A DNA stretch of 64,000 bases from Octopus vulgaris (GCA_951406725.2 OX597821.1:91636001-91700000); one strand, 5' to 3'; shown: positions 41,227 to 55,020, numbered from the stretch's first letter. Notes: generated by a model from the sequence alone, not told the origin. Numbers and translations are program-made.

Positions 41227-41748
41227 TAGGGTAAATTTGATCCAAATTTCTAGCAGACCAAATGTTACAGAAAGCCACTATGGAAAGCATTGGTACTTCA
41301 CCAGGTACAACTCTGTTGTTACCCATGGATAGCAGTGTAAGAGCAATCCACAGCATTTAGTCTTCTGAGCGCAGATGATACCTGATGATGATGATGGTGA
41401 AAGATGATGGTGACAAAGATGACAAAAATGATGATTATGAAAATGACGACTCCAGCAACAACAATGTTGAAGATGATAATGATGGTGTTAGTGATGGTGG
41501 TGGTGGTGGTGGCAGGTGTTGCGGTGGTGGCGGTTGTGGCGGTGGTGGTTGTGTGGTGGTAGTTGTGATGATGCTGATGATAACAATGATGACTACGACA
41601 GCGAGGAGGACAATGGCAATTACAATGTTAGTGATGAGGGTAAGAGAGATGACTGCCCTATATAGGTATCTTGTGTATATATATATATATATATATTGTA
41701 TATTGCCTAGACATTATGATACTAATAACCTGGTGTAGAACTCAATAT

Positions 41749-42133
41749 ACTCTTTTACTTGTTTCAGTCATTTGACTGCGGACATGCTGGAGCACCACCT
41801 TTTAGTCAAGCAAATCGACCCCAAGATTTATTCTTTGTAAGCCTAGTACTTATTCTATAATTTTCTTTTTTGCCAAACCACTAAGTTACGGGGATGTAAA
41901 CACACTAGCATCGGTTGTCAAGCGAAGTCGGGGGACAAACACAGACACACACATATATATGCATATGTACGACAGGCTTCTTTTCAGTTTCCGTCTACCA
42001 AATCCACTCACGAGGCTTTGGTTGGTCCTAGGCTATAGCAGAAGACACTTGCCCAAGGTGCCATGCAGTAGGACTGAACCTGGAACCATGTGGTTAGTAA
42101 GCAAGCTACTTACCACACAGCCACTCCTGTGCC
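41749..42133 (-). mobile_element. SINE family A copy
   Basis: Full length. Confidence 0.9.
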
Positions 42134-42354
42134 AATATGTATGTTTCAAAACAAAGTGTTGGTCATGTACACAATGGTAAGGAGAAAAGAGGATGACAAA
42201 GGAATAAATCACTAGCTTCCTTAGTTTGTAGCTGTTGCCACTGTAAGATGTGATGGACTCATAGGTGAGTGACTGAGCAACACCTTTTAGTTTCATTGTA
42301 GCTTCAAACATGAAGTGCAATTTATACACACACACATACACACACACAGATATA

Positions 42355-42500
42355 GTTGAAATTTACAGAAAAACAAAAGATGAAGACAGGTTTATCAACA
42401 ACAAGCAGGTGTATTAGTCTGACGCTCGGAAAGGTGCGAAAGTCTTTTACGTTTCCATTCTACACTCTTCAACAGAAAGCAACACAAGGAAATAAACAGA
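42355..42500 (-). mobile_element. Penelope-like terminal fragment with a degenerate minimal hammerhead motif
   Basis: Minus strand cttt-CTGTTGA-agag...-GAAA-cg-TA-aaag at 42444-42479. Homologous to 62940-63140. Confidence 0.55.
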
Positions 42501-42693
42501 TTTATGTATATATACATATACATACATTTATATATACATACATATATATATACACACACATATCTATACGTACATATATCAATATGCAAACACACACATA
42601 TATATACATATACATACATACATACATACATACATGCATATATACATACATACAATACATACATACATACATATATATATATGTATATATATG

Positions 42694-42900
42694 TATCTGT
42701 AAAATAATATATGACAATTATTCGGTAGCCAAGACAAAACTCTGAGTTTCAGATGCCGAGGTGGAAATCCACACCACCATCTCTTCCACTTCGGCATCCG
42801 AAACTCAGAGTTTTATCTTGGCTACCGAATAATCGTCACATATCATTTTACAGATAAATTGCCTCTATTTACATAATATTGAGGTCTCTTTCTTTCTTTT
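42694..42900. mobile_element. Penelope-like fragment with ~75 bp inverted arms
   Basis: atctgtaaaat...gatgccgaggtggaa / ttccacttcggcatcc...attttacagat. Adjacent to (TA/CATA)n. Confidence 0.6.
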
Positions 42901-42904
42901 TTTT

Positions 42905-43302
42905 TTTTTCACTTGTTTCAGTCATTTTGACTGTGGCCATGCTGGAGCACCATCTTTAATCTAGCAACTCGACCCCGGGACTTATTCTTTGTAAGCCCAG
43001 TACTTATTCCATCGGTCTCTTTTGCCGAACCGTTAAGAGACGGGGACATAAACACACCAGCATTGGTTGTCAAGCAATGCTAGGGGGGCAAACACAGACA
43101 CACAAACATACACGCACATACATATATATACATTTATACGACGGGCTTCTTTCAGTTTCCGTCTACCAAATCCACTCACGAGGCTTTGGTCGGCCCTAGG
43201 CTATAGCAGAAGACACTTGCCCAAGGTGCCATGCAGTGGGACTGAACCCAGAACCATGTTGTTGGTAAACAAGCTACTTACCACACAGCCACTCCTGCGC
43301 CT
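42905..43302 (-). mobile_element. SINE family A copy
   Basis: Full length. Confidence 0.9.
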
Positions 43303-43362
43303 ATATATATCATCATCATCATCATCATCGTTTAACGTCCGCTTTCCATGCTAGCATGGGTT

Positions 43363-43432
<70 letters not shown>

Positions 43433-43775
43433 GCATATATATATTTACAACCCCACATATACATATTTATACCCATACATATATATGTACACGTATATAC
43501 ACACACACTCACATAAACACACCACACATACATATGTATAAGGGAGTGTTGCAGGCAATACACTTGCAATAGCTACACATATTTCAGAGAGGTTTGTATT
43601 CAAGTCAACTGACTTCCAGCATTTTACTAGTTTAGTATTTAATTCATTTCAATTATTCCTGAAGAACAAAGGCCAAAGTCGACTCCTGTAGAATTTGAAA
43701 TTAGAATGAAAATCACAACTAAACACTACATAGTAATTTTAATTCCAAAACTACAATGTTTTTCAACACTTCACC

Positions 43776-43831
<56 letters not shown>

Positions 43832-44021
43832 AAAAATATTACTAATAATAATATTAACAAGAATTATAATAAATTCGAAATTGATATCTTATTATTATTA
43901 TCATTATTATTATTGTTATTATTATTATTATTATTATTATATCATTATTATTATTATATCATTATTATTATTATTATTATTATTTTAATATATTATTATT
44001 ATTATTATTATTATTATTATC

Positions 44022-44077
<56 letters not shown>

Positions 44078-44195
44078 CATCATTATCATTATTATTGTTA
44101 TTATTATTATTATTGTTATTATTATTATTATTATTATTATCATTATTATTATTATTATTATCATTATTATTATTGTTATTATTGTTATTATTAAT
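43776..44195. repeat. (TAA)n followed by (TTA)n arrays
   Basis: Seen directly. Confidence 0.95.
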
Positions 44196-44408
44196 ATAAT
44201 TACTTGTGGTAGGGGAGTAGTTGTTTGTAATAAGGCCAGGAATATCTAAGAGAGGGTAAAGTGATTATGCAATGTTTATGCATTTCTCAAGAGTATTAAC
44301 TGTGAAAGTGAAAGTTAATTGACTTCGACTGGAAATCAAAAACTGGCTCCTGGACTCAGCATACCATACACCATGAAAATAACTCATGCCATATGGCGAC
44401 CACTTGCT

Positions 44409-45700
44409 ATATCATCATCATCATCATCGTTTTCCTCATCGTCGTCGTCGCCGTCGTCATTGCTGTTGTGGCTGTCGTCATCATCATCATCATCATCATT
44501 ATAATTATATCATTATATCATTATCTATGTCATCGCCTTCGTCGTTGTTGTTGTTGTTGTTGTTTTTGTTGTCATCAACATTTGATTGTTGTCATCAACA
44601 TCATCATCATCATTTCGTTATCATCATCATCATCATCATGTTCCTCGTCATCGTCGCCGTCATTGCTGTTGTGGCTGTCGTCATAATCATCATCATCATC
44701 ATTATAATTATATCATTATCTATGTCATCGCCTTCGTTGTTGTTGTTGTTGTTTTTGTTGTCATCAACATTTGATTGTTGTCATCATCATCATCATCATC
44801 ATCATCATCTCGTTATCATCATCATCATCATCATCAAGCCTGGTATCATGAATATTATCATAAATATAACCATCATCATCATCATCATCAAAGAACTCTC
44901 TTCTTACTGCCTCTCTCTCCCTCTCTGTTATTCTTTGCCCTCTCACTTTCTCCCATTCTCATATTGTCTTCATCCTCATCATCCCCCATCAATGTCTCTC
45001 TTTCTCTCTCTTTCTCACTTTTCCGCTTTTCTTTCATTTTCTCTCTCTGTTATCTTTCACTCTATCGCTCTTTCTCCCATTCTCAAATTAAACTCCTCCT
45101 CCCTCTCCTCTTTATTATCATCTCCCCCTCTTTGTCTCTTTGTCTCTTTCTCTTTCTCTATTATACTTAGTTCTCTCTCTTACTCCATATCCCCCATCTC
45201 CTCTTGACTGTCATCGTCATCATCGACAGCCTCTCTCCATCACTCTCTTCATAGCTATATAAGCCTTAGCTTTCTCTCTTCCTCTCCCTTTCTCTCTTCC
45301 TCTCTTCCTCTCTCTCTCTTTCTCATTCTCTATTTGTGTTCCCTATCCTCATCATCAATGTCTCCCTCTCTCTCTAACTCTTACTCTCTCATCTCACTCT
45401 TCCTGACACTCTCTCTCTCTCTCTTGTGCTCTGTCTCTCCCCCCCTCGGTCTTTGTCTTTCTCTGTTACCCTAAGCTCTCTCCCACTTTCTCCTCTTTTC
45501 TGTTTTTCCACTTTCTCTGCCTCCCCATCATCATCATCATCATCGTCGTTGTCATCATCGTCATCATCATCGTTGTCGTCATCCCTCTCTCTTTTTTCTC
45601 CCCCGTCTCTCTCTATCTCCCCCTCTCTTTCTCTCTCTCTTTTTTCTCCCTGTCTCTCTCTATATCCCTCCCTCCCTCCCCCTCTCTTTCTCTCTCTCTT
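44409..45700. repeat. (CAT)n cryptic repeat with a ~200 bp tandem duplication, followed by a long CT-rich tract
   Basis: Seen directly. Confidence 0.9.
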
Positions 45701-46029
45701 TTCCCCAATTGCAGACTGTCCCTGTTCCTCCCAGTCCACTTGGGAATGTAAAGCCTGCTACTCCTTCCACCAAACCACCAACCCACCTCACACTACTGCA
45801 ACCAGCTATACCATGCACTAAGCCACTCGCCACTTGCCGCACACCACTCATCCACCTACCCAAGGCCCTGCAGCCAGCCAACAATTAATTTGCCTAATGT
45901 TCAATGACTTATTCATGGCCGGAAGAAATTTAAAGAAATTTATTGTCGTTCATGTTGATGTTAGTTTAGTATAGACCTGACAGATTTTATTGCTCCTCTT
46001 CTTATTGCTGTACTCCACCTCCTTCTCAT

Positions 46030-46419
46030 CATTCCTGTTGTTGTTATTGCTGTTGATGATCATGTTATTGTCAGTGCTGGTGCTGTTGTTGTTGTTAGTC
46101 ACTGGTGCTACAGTAGTTATTATTCCTGTTGTGGTGATCTGAGCTGGTAATATCGCTTTTGTTGTTTTAATGCTTGCACAGTTGCTATTGTTATTGTTGT
46201 TGTTATTGTTGTTGTCGTTTTTGCTGCTGCCTTCTGCTGCTACTGTTGTTGTTGTTGTTGGTGCTGTTCTGATATTGGTTTTATTTTTTTTCTTTGTAGT
46301 TGTTTTTGATATTCTCATTATTATTGTTGTTGTTATGATCAGTGTTGCTTTCTTTTGGTTTTCATTTGCTCTGCAGCATAATCATGATGATGGTGGTGGT
46401 TGCTGTCATCATTGTATTG

Positions 46420-46462
<43 letters not shown>

Positions 46463-46469
46463 CATTATT

Positions 46470-46539
<70 letters not shown>

Positions 46540-46643
46540 TTAGTAGTATTAGTAGTAGTAGTTGTAGTTGTAGTAGTAGTAGTAGTAGTGGTAGTAGTGG
46601 TAGTTGTTGTAGTAGTAGTTGTTGTAGTAGTAGTAGTAGTAGA

Positions 46644-46677
<34 letters not shown>

Positions 46678-46680
46678 GTT

Positions 46681-46714
<34 letters not shown>

Positions 46715-46752
46715 TAGTAGTGGTAGTAGTAGTAGTTGTAGTAGTAGTTGTT

Positions 46753-46783
<31 letters not shown>

Positions 46784-46876
46784 TAGTAGTGGTAGTAGTA
46801 GTAGTGGCACCAGCAGTGACTGTGACAGTAGTACTAGTAGTAATAATAACAGTAGCAGTAATGGTGGTGTTGTTGT

Positions 46877-46915
<39 letters not shown>

Positions 46916-48994
46916 CAGCAGCAGCATGATGTTGTGATTGCTGCAATTTTTAAGGAGTTCTTAGTTGTTGATGTTAGTGGGGACAGTAATATTTTAGGTT
47001 TCCTTTTGATAAAATCATCAAAACTTATCGGACAAAATGTCATGTAGCATTTCTTCTCTGTTTTGAGTTCAAATCTTACCAGGTTCAACTTCTGCTCTAC
47101 ATCCGTTTCAAGGTGGATTAAATAAGGTACGAAATACTCTAGCTGATACTAACAACTAATCTCAACACTTTAAAACTAATATCCTTGTGTCTAAATTGGA
47201 AATGATTATTGTTGGTGATGGGTGGTGGTGTGGGGGGGGGCTGCTGCTTTTGCTGCTGGTGATGCTGGTGGTGGTGGGTGGTGGTGGGTGGTGGTGGTAG
47301 AGGTGGTGGTGTTGGTGATGGTGGTGGTGATGGTAGTGATGCTGGTGGTGATGATAGTGGTGGTGATGATGGTGGTGGTGGTAGTGGTGTTAATGGTGGT
47401 GGTGGTAGTGTTGTTAATGGTGGTGGTGGTGGTGAGCATGCTGGTGATGGTAGTTGTGCTGGTGGTGGGGGTGGGGTGCTGGTGATGGTTGGGATGATGG
47501 TAGCGATGCTGGTGGGGGGGGGGGGTGCTGGTGATGGTAGTGATGCTGATGTTGGTGAGTGGCTGGCGGTAGAGGTGATGGTGGTGCTGGTGATGATGGC
47601 AGTGATACTGGTGGTGGTGGTGGCGATACTAGTGGTATTGGTGGTGGTAGTGGTGGTAGTGGTGGTGGTAGTGGTGGTGGTGGTGGTGGTGATGCTAGTG
47701 GTAGTAGTGGTGGTATTGGTGGTGGTATTGGTGGTGGTGGTGGTGGTGGTGGTGGTGGTGGTGGTGGTGGTGGTGGTGGTGGTGGTGGTGGTGGTGGTGG
47801 TGGTGGTGGTGGTGGTGGTGATGGTAGTGATTCTGGTGGTGGTATTTTTTCATCCTATTTGTTGTGATTCCTGATATTGAAATTTTCCTTGTAGATACAA
47901 CAATTGTTTCTCTCCTGTTGTATTCCAAATTAATGATGATGCTGTTGTTGCTGTCATTGAGATAGAGGGTACAGTTGGCTTTTCTTTTACATTACAGCTG
48001 TTTTTCCTGTTAGCGTTGTTGTTGATGGCAATAAGAAAGATGGGGAATGATGACAGCATTGGTGAGGGTTGTTGTTGTTTAGTGGTAATAGTGGTGGTGT
48101 TGGTGGTGGTGGTGGTCGTCGTTTGTCGTAGTGATCCTAGTGGCTGGTGGTGGTGATGGTAGCTGCAGTAGTAGTGGTAGTAATGGTGGTAGTGGTGATG
48201 GTGGTGGTGGTAGTGGTGGTAGTAGTGTTGGTGGTGGTGGTGGTGTCGTCGTCGTCGTAGTGATCCTGGTGGCTGGTGGTAGTGGTGTTGGTGGTGGTGG
48301 TGGTCGTCGTTTGTCGTAGTGATCCTAGTGGCTGGTGGTGGTGATGGTAGCTGCAGTAGTAGTGGTAGTAATGGTGGTAGTGGTATGGTGATGGTGGTGG
48401 TGGCAGTGGTGGTAGTGGTGTTGGTGGTGGTGGTGGTCGTCGTCGTCGTCGTAGTGATACTGGTGGCTGGTGGTGGTGATGGTAGCTGCAGTAGTAGCGG
48501 TAGTAATGGTGGTAGTGGTGTGATGATGGTGGTGGTGGTGGCAGTGGTGGTAGTGGTGGTCGTCGTAGTAATCCTGGTGGGCTGGTGGTGGTGATGGTAG
48601 TTGCAGTAGTAGCGGTAGTAATGGTGGTAGTAGTATGGTAATGGTGGTGGTGGCAGTGGTGGTAGTGGTGGTGGTGGTGGTGGTGGTGGTGCCAGCAGTA
48701 GTGGTACTGGGGATAATGACAGCAGTGATAGTGATGGTGTTTCTGATGGTGGTGGTGGTGGATAAAAATGATATAGCCCGCTGCCAACCCTGATGAAATA
48801 AACCCATAAACACAGACGTTCCAACCATGACCAGCCCGATGTTTCCTTCCTTACAATCAAGGCACCATTATCCACTGTGTTACTTTTTTTAAGATAGTAG
48901 GAGATTAGATTTTTGGTTGGCTTCTGTTTCTGGTAGATCAAACAACCGCATAGAGACTCCTTCTCCGGTTTCATGTTGCTGTTTTCATTATTGG

Positions 48995-49025
<31 letters not shown>

Positions 49026-49770
49026 GGTGGTGGTGGCTGTAGCAATACTGGTGGTAGACTGAGTTGTTCTTATAAATACATTTTTTTTGTTGCTATTTTG
49101 ATTGTTGTTATTCTTCTTTTATTTTTGTTTGGTTGTGTGTTTAATGAAAGGAGCGAAATGGTGAAGAAGAATTTGGTTTTGTTTCTTGCTTTTGTTGTTG
49201 TATTGCCACTAGTTGTTGTTGTTGTTGTTGTTGTTGTTGCTGCTGTTGTTGTTTTTCATGTTTTTGTTGCTGTTGTTGTTGCTGTTGTTGTTGGCTCTGA
49301 TTTCTTCTTCAACTACTTCTATGGTAGTTATGGCAGATATTTGTTGTGAAATTACCATTGTTTTGTCATCGTTGTTGCTGCCGCTGTTGTTGTTGTTGTT
49401 GTTGTCATTGATGCTGCACTCATAATCCATATTTCGCTTTAGATGTTGTTGTTGTCGTTGCTATTACAGTCGATGTAGTTGTTGCTGCTGCTGCTGGGAG
49501 TATTGTTATCATTGTTGCAATTTCACCCTCCATCATTGCATCTATAAATAGCATCATCAATGATGCTAATGTTCTTGTTCTTGTTGCTTGCGTTGCTGTT
49601 ATTGCTTGTGTTGCCTTTGTCTCCCTTTGGTGTTGTTTTTGTTTGTGTTTTGTACTGTGTTATTTATATTCTTTGTGCAGTGTTATTTGGATTATGTTGT
49701 TCTTTCTGCTGTTGTTGTATTATGCATGTTTGTACACCATTGACATTGTTGTTGTTGCTGCTGCTGTTAC
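46030..49770. repeat. ~3.7 kb low-complexity trinucleotide domain (GTT/TTA/TAG/GGT)
   Basis: Seen directly. The plus strand is consistently G/T-rich. Confidence 0.92.
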
Positions 49771-50325
49771 TCTTTACTCTTTTACTCTTTTACTTGTTTC
49801 AGTCATTTGACTGTGGCCATGCTGGAGCACCGCCTTTTTAGTCGAGCAAATCGACCCCGGGACTTATTCTTTGTAAGCCCAGTACTTATTCTATCAGTCT
49901 CTTTTGCCGAACCGCTAAGTGACGGGGACGTAAACACACCAGCATCGGTTGTCAAGCAATGCTAGGGGGACAAACACAGACACAAACACACACATATATA
50001 CATATACATATATATACGACAGGCTTCTTTCAGTTTCCGTCTACCAAATCCACTCACAAGGCATTGGTCGGCCCGGGGCTATAGCAGAAGACACTTGCCC
50101 AAGATGCCATGCAGTGGGACTGAACCTAGAACCATGTGGTTGGTAAACAAGCTACTTACCACACAGCCACTCCTACGACAGGCTTCTTTCAGTTTCCATC
50201 TACCAAATCCACTCACAAGGCATTGGTCGGCCCGGGGCTATAGCAGAAGACACTTGCCCAAGATGCCACGCATTGGGACTGAACCTAGAACCATGTGGTT
50301 GGTTAGCACAGCAACTCCTGCGCCT
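49769..50325 (-). mobile_element. SINE family A copy with tandemly duplicated 5' half
   Basis: The segment tacgacaggcttc...cacagc.actcct occurs twice (about 50015-50174 and 50175-50325). Confidence 0.9.
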
Positions 50326-51014
50326 GTTGTGCAGTTTTGTAGTTGCTTGTGTTGAGTTGCTGTTTGTACTGTTGTTGTTCCTTGCCTGTTGTTTATGCTT
50401 TTGTTCTTAGTGTGTAGCTGCTGCTCCTTTACACTTTTCGCTGCCTTTCATTTCATTCAACAACTTAATTTTTCACGACTTCTACAGTTGTTGCTGTTAT
50501 TGTTTAACCCTAGGTCAGTCCTGGCACAGCTGACCTACCATCCAAACCATAAAACTAAACTGTGACTAACCATTGCATTCTCTTGCTTTGCTTGCTCTTT
50601 CTTTTGGATCTTGGACTTTACTATTCCGTATGTATGTCTCATGTTTAGTGTCTGTGTGGTAAGAAGCTTGCTTCCCAACCATATGGTTCCAGGTTCAGTC
50701 CCACTGCATGGCACCTTGAGCAAGTGTCTTCTACTATAGTCTTAGGCTGACCAAAGTCTTGTGAGCGGATTTTTAGAAGCAATCATAATTTTATTTAAAA
50801 TTAAAAATATTTAAAACAAGAAATATTACTTCTATTTTTAAGCCCATTTATGCAAAAAAAAATTGAAATTTAAAAATTATCAATAAAATATTCGTTGAAT
50901 TATTGGTGAACAGAAACATGGCATGATATGCCAGGAGCCAATATAATTTCCCACATACCCGACTCCTACCCCCACACCTCCACCTCACACCCACATCCCC
51001 ACCCCCACCCACAT

Positions 51015-51204
51015 CAGTGTGACACAGTGTGCGACAAGTCTGGCCCTTTGAAATACAAGTGCTATTCATTGTTTGCCAGCTGAGTGGACTGGAGCAAAGT
51101 GAAATAAAGTGTCTTGCTCAAGACACAATGCTTCACCAGGAATTGAACTCATGGCCTTACGATCATGAGCCAAACACCCTAGCCACTAAGCCATGTGCCT
51201 TCAC
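51015..51204 (-). mobile_element. Old tRNA-derived SINE (head E) sharing tail X
   Basis: Minus strand gtgaaggcacatggcttagtgg...gagttcaattcc, then ttgagcaagacactt, then tgtatttcaaagggcc as at ~10530. Confidence 0.7.
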
Positions 51205-51408
51205 TGTTTTGTATTAACCACACATTATTTCATAGATTTGAGATTTTGATGATTTGATAGTTTTATTCTTAGAATAACATTGTAGGGTATGTTGGAAAGG
51301 TTGGATCTGGTTAGTTTGAGCATAAAACATGTAGAATATTTTGGCCAGATTTTGCCAGTTTAAATGCTAGTGTTAAACAAATTAACATTTTTTTGATAAT
51401 CTACATTT

Positions 51409-51630
51409 CAAGGTGGCGAGCTGGCAGAATCATTAGCACACTGGGCGAAATGCTTAGTGGTATTTCGTCTGTCTTTACATTCTGAGTTCAAATTCTGCCA
51501 TGGTCAACTTTGTCTTTCATCCTTTCGGGGGTCGATAAATTAAGTACCAGCTGCATACTGGGGTTGATCTAATCAACTGGCCCCCTCTCTCTCAAAATTT
51601 CAGGCCTTGTGCCTAGAGTAGAAAAGAATA
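51409..51630 (+). mobile_element. SINE family B copy
   Basis: Full length. Confidence 0.88.
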
Positions 51631-51970
51631 ATCTACAATTTTTTTTCCTGCCAAAACATGGCTAGCAAACATCTGTGAAATGTCCTTTGGTCAAAGAGAG
51701 AAAGAAAGTGCTTAGCAACAAGAGGCTGAAAATTACTGCTCTTGATACTCCCTGTTTCCACAGAGTTAATCACCATTGCTGTTCTGTGCGTCCTGATGTG
51801 TTGTACTTTATATTCGATGATGAATGGTGTGTTGACAATCCAGATGCACTGCTTTTTCTGCTCTGTTGAGTCTGAGTCTGTCCTTACATTTCTAACCATA
51901 CTTGACCTAGAACTAGTTGCAACCTCTCATGCCATCCAAACCACACCAGCAAGAGGAACAAAGACGTTAA

Positions 51971-52062
51971 ATGATGGTGGTGGTGGTGGTGGTGGTGGAG
52001 GTTGTGGTAGCAGTTGTAGTGGCAGTGGTGGTGGTGATGGTGATGATGATGACAACGACGAC

Positions 52063-52096
<34 letters not shown>

Positions 52097-52315
52097 GTGA
52101 TGACGAAGACGACAACGACGACGACGACGATGATGATGATGATGATGGTGATGACGAAGACGACAACGACAATGATGATGATGAGGATGATGATGAAGAT
52201 GATGATGGTGGTGATGATAATGATGATGATGATGATGATGGTGATGACGAAGACGACAACGACAATGATGATGATGATGCTACTGATGATGATGATGATA
52301 ATGACGATGATGATA

Positions 52316-52367
<52 letters not shown>

Positions 52368-52386
52368 CGACGATGATGATGATGAT
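51971..52386. repeat. (GGT)n/(GAT/GAC)n array
   Basis: Seen directly. Confidence 0.95.
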
Positions 52387-52855
52387 ACTGCTTCTGGCCA
52401 CAGTGAGTGCAGACAGGGTTGACTTCTTTGAAGCATAACGGTTATTCTCCTGCACTTATCTTCTGGTGCATTACTCGCTGGTGTGGTGTTGGGTGGGATG
52501 GGGAGTAGGTAGTGGTGGTGGTGGTGGGTGGTGGGGGGTGCTAATGTGTTTATGTGCTTATTGATGTAACTGTTATTTATGTGTTATGTGTGATCTTTCT
52601 GTTTGTTTGAAATGAATAAGGTGTTGGGTGGGGAAGGAGGTTGCATAATTTCTAAATGCCAGCAACTTGGTTGTGTTATTACAGACCAAACAGTAATCAC
52701 AAAGTGGAACAGAGCCAGAGGTTCCCTTTTACTGCATGGCACCTTATGCAAGTACTTTCTATTATAACTCCCTAGACTGACCGATTGCTCTTGAGTGAAA
52801 TTTATGGAATTTACTTGATGGATATTTTACAGAAGTTCATCAAATATATACACAT

Positions 52856-53257
52856 AGGTGCAGGAGTGGCTGTGTGGTAAGTAGCTTGCTTGCCAACCAC
52901 ATGGTTCCGGTTTCAGTCCCACTGCGTGGCATCTTGGGCAAGTGCCTTTTACTATTGCCTCGGGCCGACCAAAGCTTTGTGAGTGGATTTGGTAGATAGA
53001 AACTGAAAGAAGCCCGTCTTATATAAATATATATATGTGTATATATATGTTTGTTTGTCTGTGTTTGTGCACCCAACATCACTTGACAACCGATGCTGGT
53101 GTGTTTACGACCCTGTCACTTAGTGGTTCGGCAAGAGAGACCGATAGAATAAGTACTAGGCTTACAAAGAATAAGTCCTGGGGGCGATTTGCTTGACTAA
53201 AGGCAGTGCTCCAGCATGGCCACAGTCAAATGACTGAAACAAATAAAAGAATAAAGG
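52856..53257 (+). mobile_element. SINE family A copy
   Basis: Full length. Confidence 0.9.
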
Positions 53258-53814
53258 AATATTGTAATATACTGTTGTAGATTGATCAGGGTCATCAATT
53301 AAGTGTGTAGTGCACATTAATCCAAACACCCAGTCTTCAAATAGATCACAGAGCTAATAATAATAACAATGATGATTTATCATTTGAATAAAATGCTAAA
53401 TTTACAAATTCATAAGATGCAAACATTTTGACTTACCACCATACATCAATGATAGGTTTGTTCTCTCTCCACTTTCTTCTTCTATAATATAACCAACTAT
53501 TCAAAAATAGCTGATAATTTGCTTTGAAGTGACTTTTGTCATGAAATCTTTCTACAAAATAAAATAAATAAATAACTAATTAAAAATGAAACTTCACAAA
53601 ACAAAAGCTGACCAAAGGGAAAAATCATAAAATATCTTTGTATTTTAATTAATTGAATTTTTAATCTACACAAATAATTTTAAAGACATTTCTAATTTAC
53701 ATGAAATTATCGAAAATCAATTCTTTGAACATCAATAGCATATATTGTGAAATTATGTCATTATTTTTTTGTTCTGTTTAGTTATTTTTGTAAATATCAT
53801 CATCACTCTGATGC

Positions 53815-53826
53815 CATTATTATTAA

Positions 53827-53896
<70 letters not shown>

Positions 53897-54060
53897 GTTA
53901 TTATTATTATTACTACTACTATTATTATTATTGTTATTATTATTACTACTACTACTATTATTATTATTGTTATTATTATTATTACTATTACTACTACTAC
54001 TATTATCATTATTATTATTATTATTATTATTATTGTTGTTGTTGTTATTGCTATTATTGT
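53815..54060. repeat. (TTA)n array
   Basis: Seen directly. Confidence 0.95.
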
Positions 54061-54676
54061 AATTGTTATTCGTGTTGATGCTATTATTTGTTGCTATGTA
54101 TGTTTGCATGTGTTTGTGTATACACTCCTTTTGTTTACATAGCGTTTCATCTATCAGAACTTGTTCCTTCATGCATATGTGTATGCACAAATGATCGTTT
54201 TTTTTTTCGTTTTTAGAAATACATATATTTATACATGTATATTTGCGTACATACTTGTGTATTACGGGTAAATGTTAGAAGTTATTTGTAGATAGGTGTG
54301 GCGACTTTGTAAGTCTGTGCATGTGCCTCTAATTAGAAGAGAGTGTTGTAAGACCGTATGTGCATGTGGCACACAAATAAAATTTCCTATGTTGCATGTG
54401 TGTGCATGCATTCATGTCTGAATATTTTTCACTGCATATGAGTGCATGTATCTTTGATGTCCCTGTGTCTATGTGAGCTAATATATATATATATATAATA
54501 TATATATATATAATATATATATGCATACATATAAATGTGTGTGTGTGTGTATATATATATATAGAGAGAGAGAGAGAGAAAGAGAGACAGACAGACAGAC
54601 AGAAAGACAGAGACAGAGAGAGATAAAGCGAGATTGATAGACAGACAAAGATATGTATACGTGCATACATATATGC

Positions 54677-54728
<52 letters not shown>

Positions 54729-54983
54729 GTGTGTGTGTATGTATGTATGTATAACATGTGCATGCATACACAGACACACATGTACAGATATATATACATT
54801 TATATGCATGCATGTGAGTCTATTGTCGTGACTAGGTGTATATAATTATGTGTTTGTAAACAGCCATTCATATTTGGGTAATTAGTACAAGCTTTCATGC
54901 AAACAGTCTACTGAGAGGTGCTCATATTAGTGTCTGTAAATGTGTTTATTAGCTGTGCAGGTTCCAGTAATTATAAGCATGTG

Positions 54984-55020
<37 letters not shown>

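Noticed and set aside
45714-45890. Possible exon after the long CT tract (TVPVPPSPLGNVKPATP...)
   Set aside because: The acceptor strength comes from a simple CT repeat, and there is no donor or recognisable domain
46170-48974. 200-374 aa low-complexity ORFs resembling mucin, extensin or Gly-rich proteins
   Set aside because: Triplet-repeat artefacts that overlap on both strands
51742-52422. Asp-rich ORF resembling an acidic biomineralisation protein
   Set aside because: It is a (GAT)n array like others in the window, with a non-ATG start and no convincing exon structure
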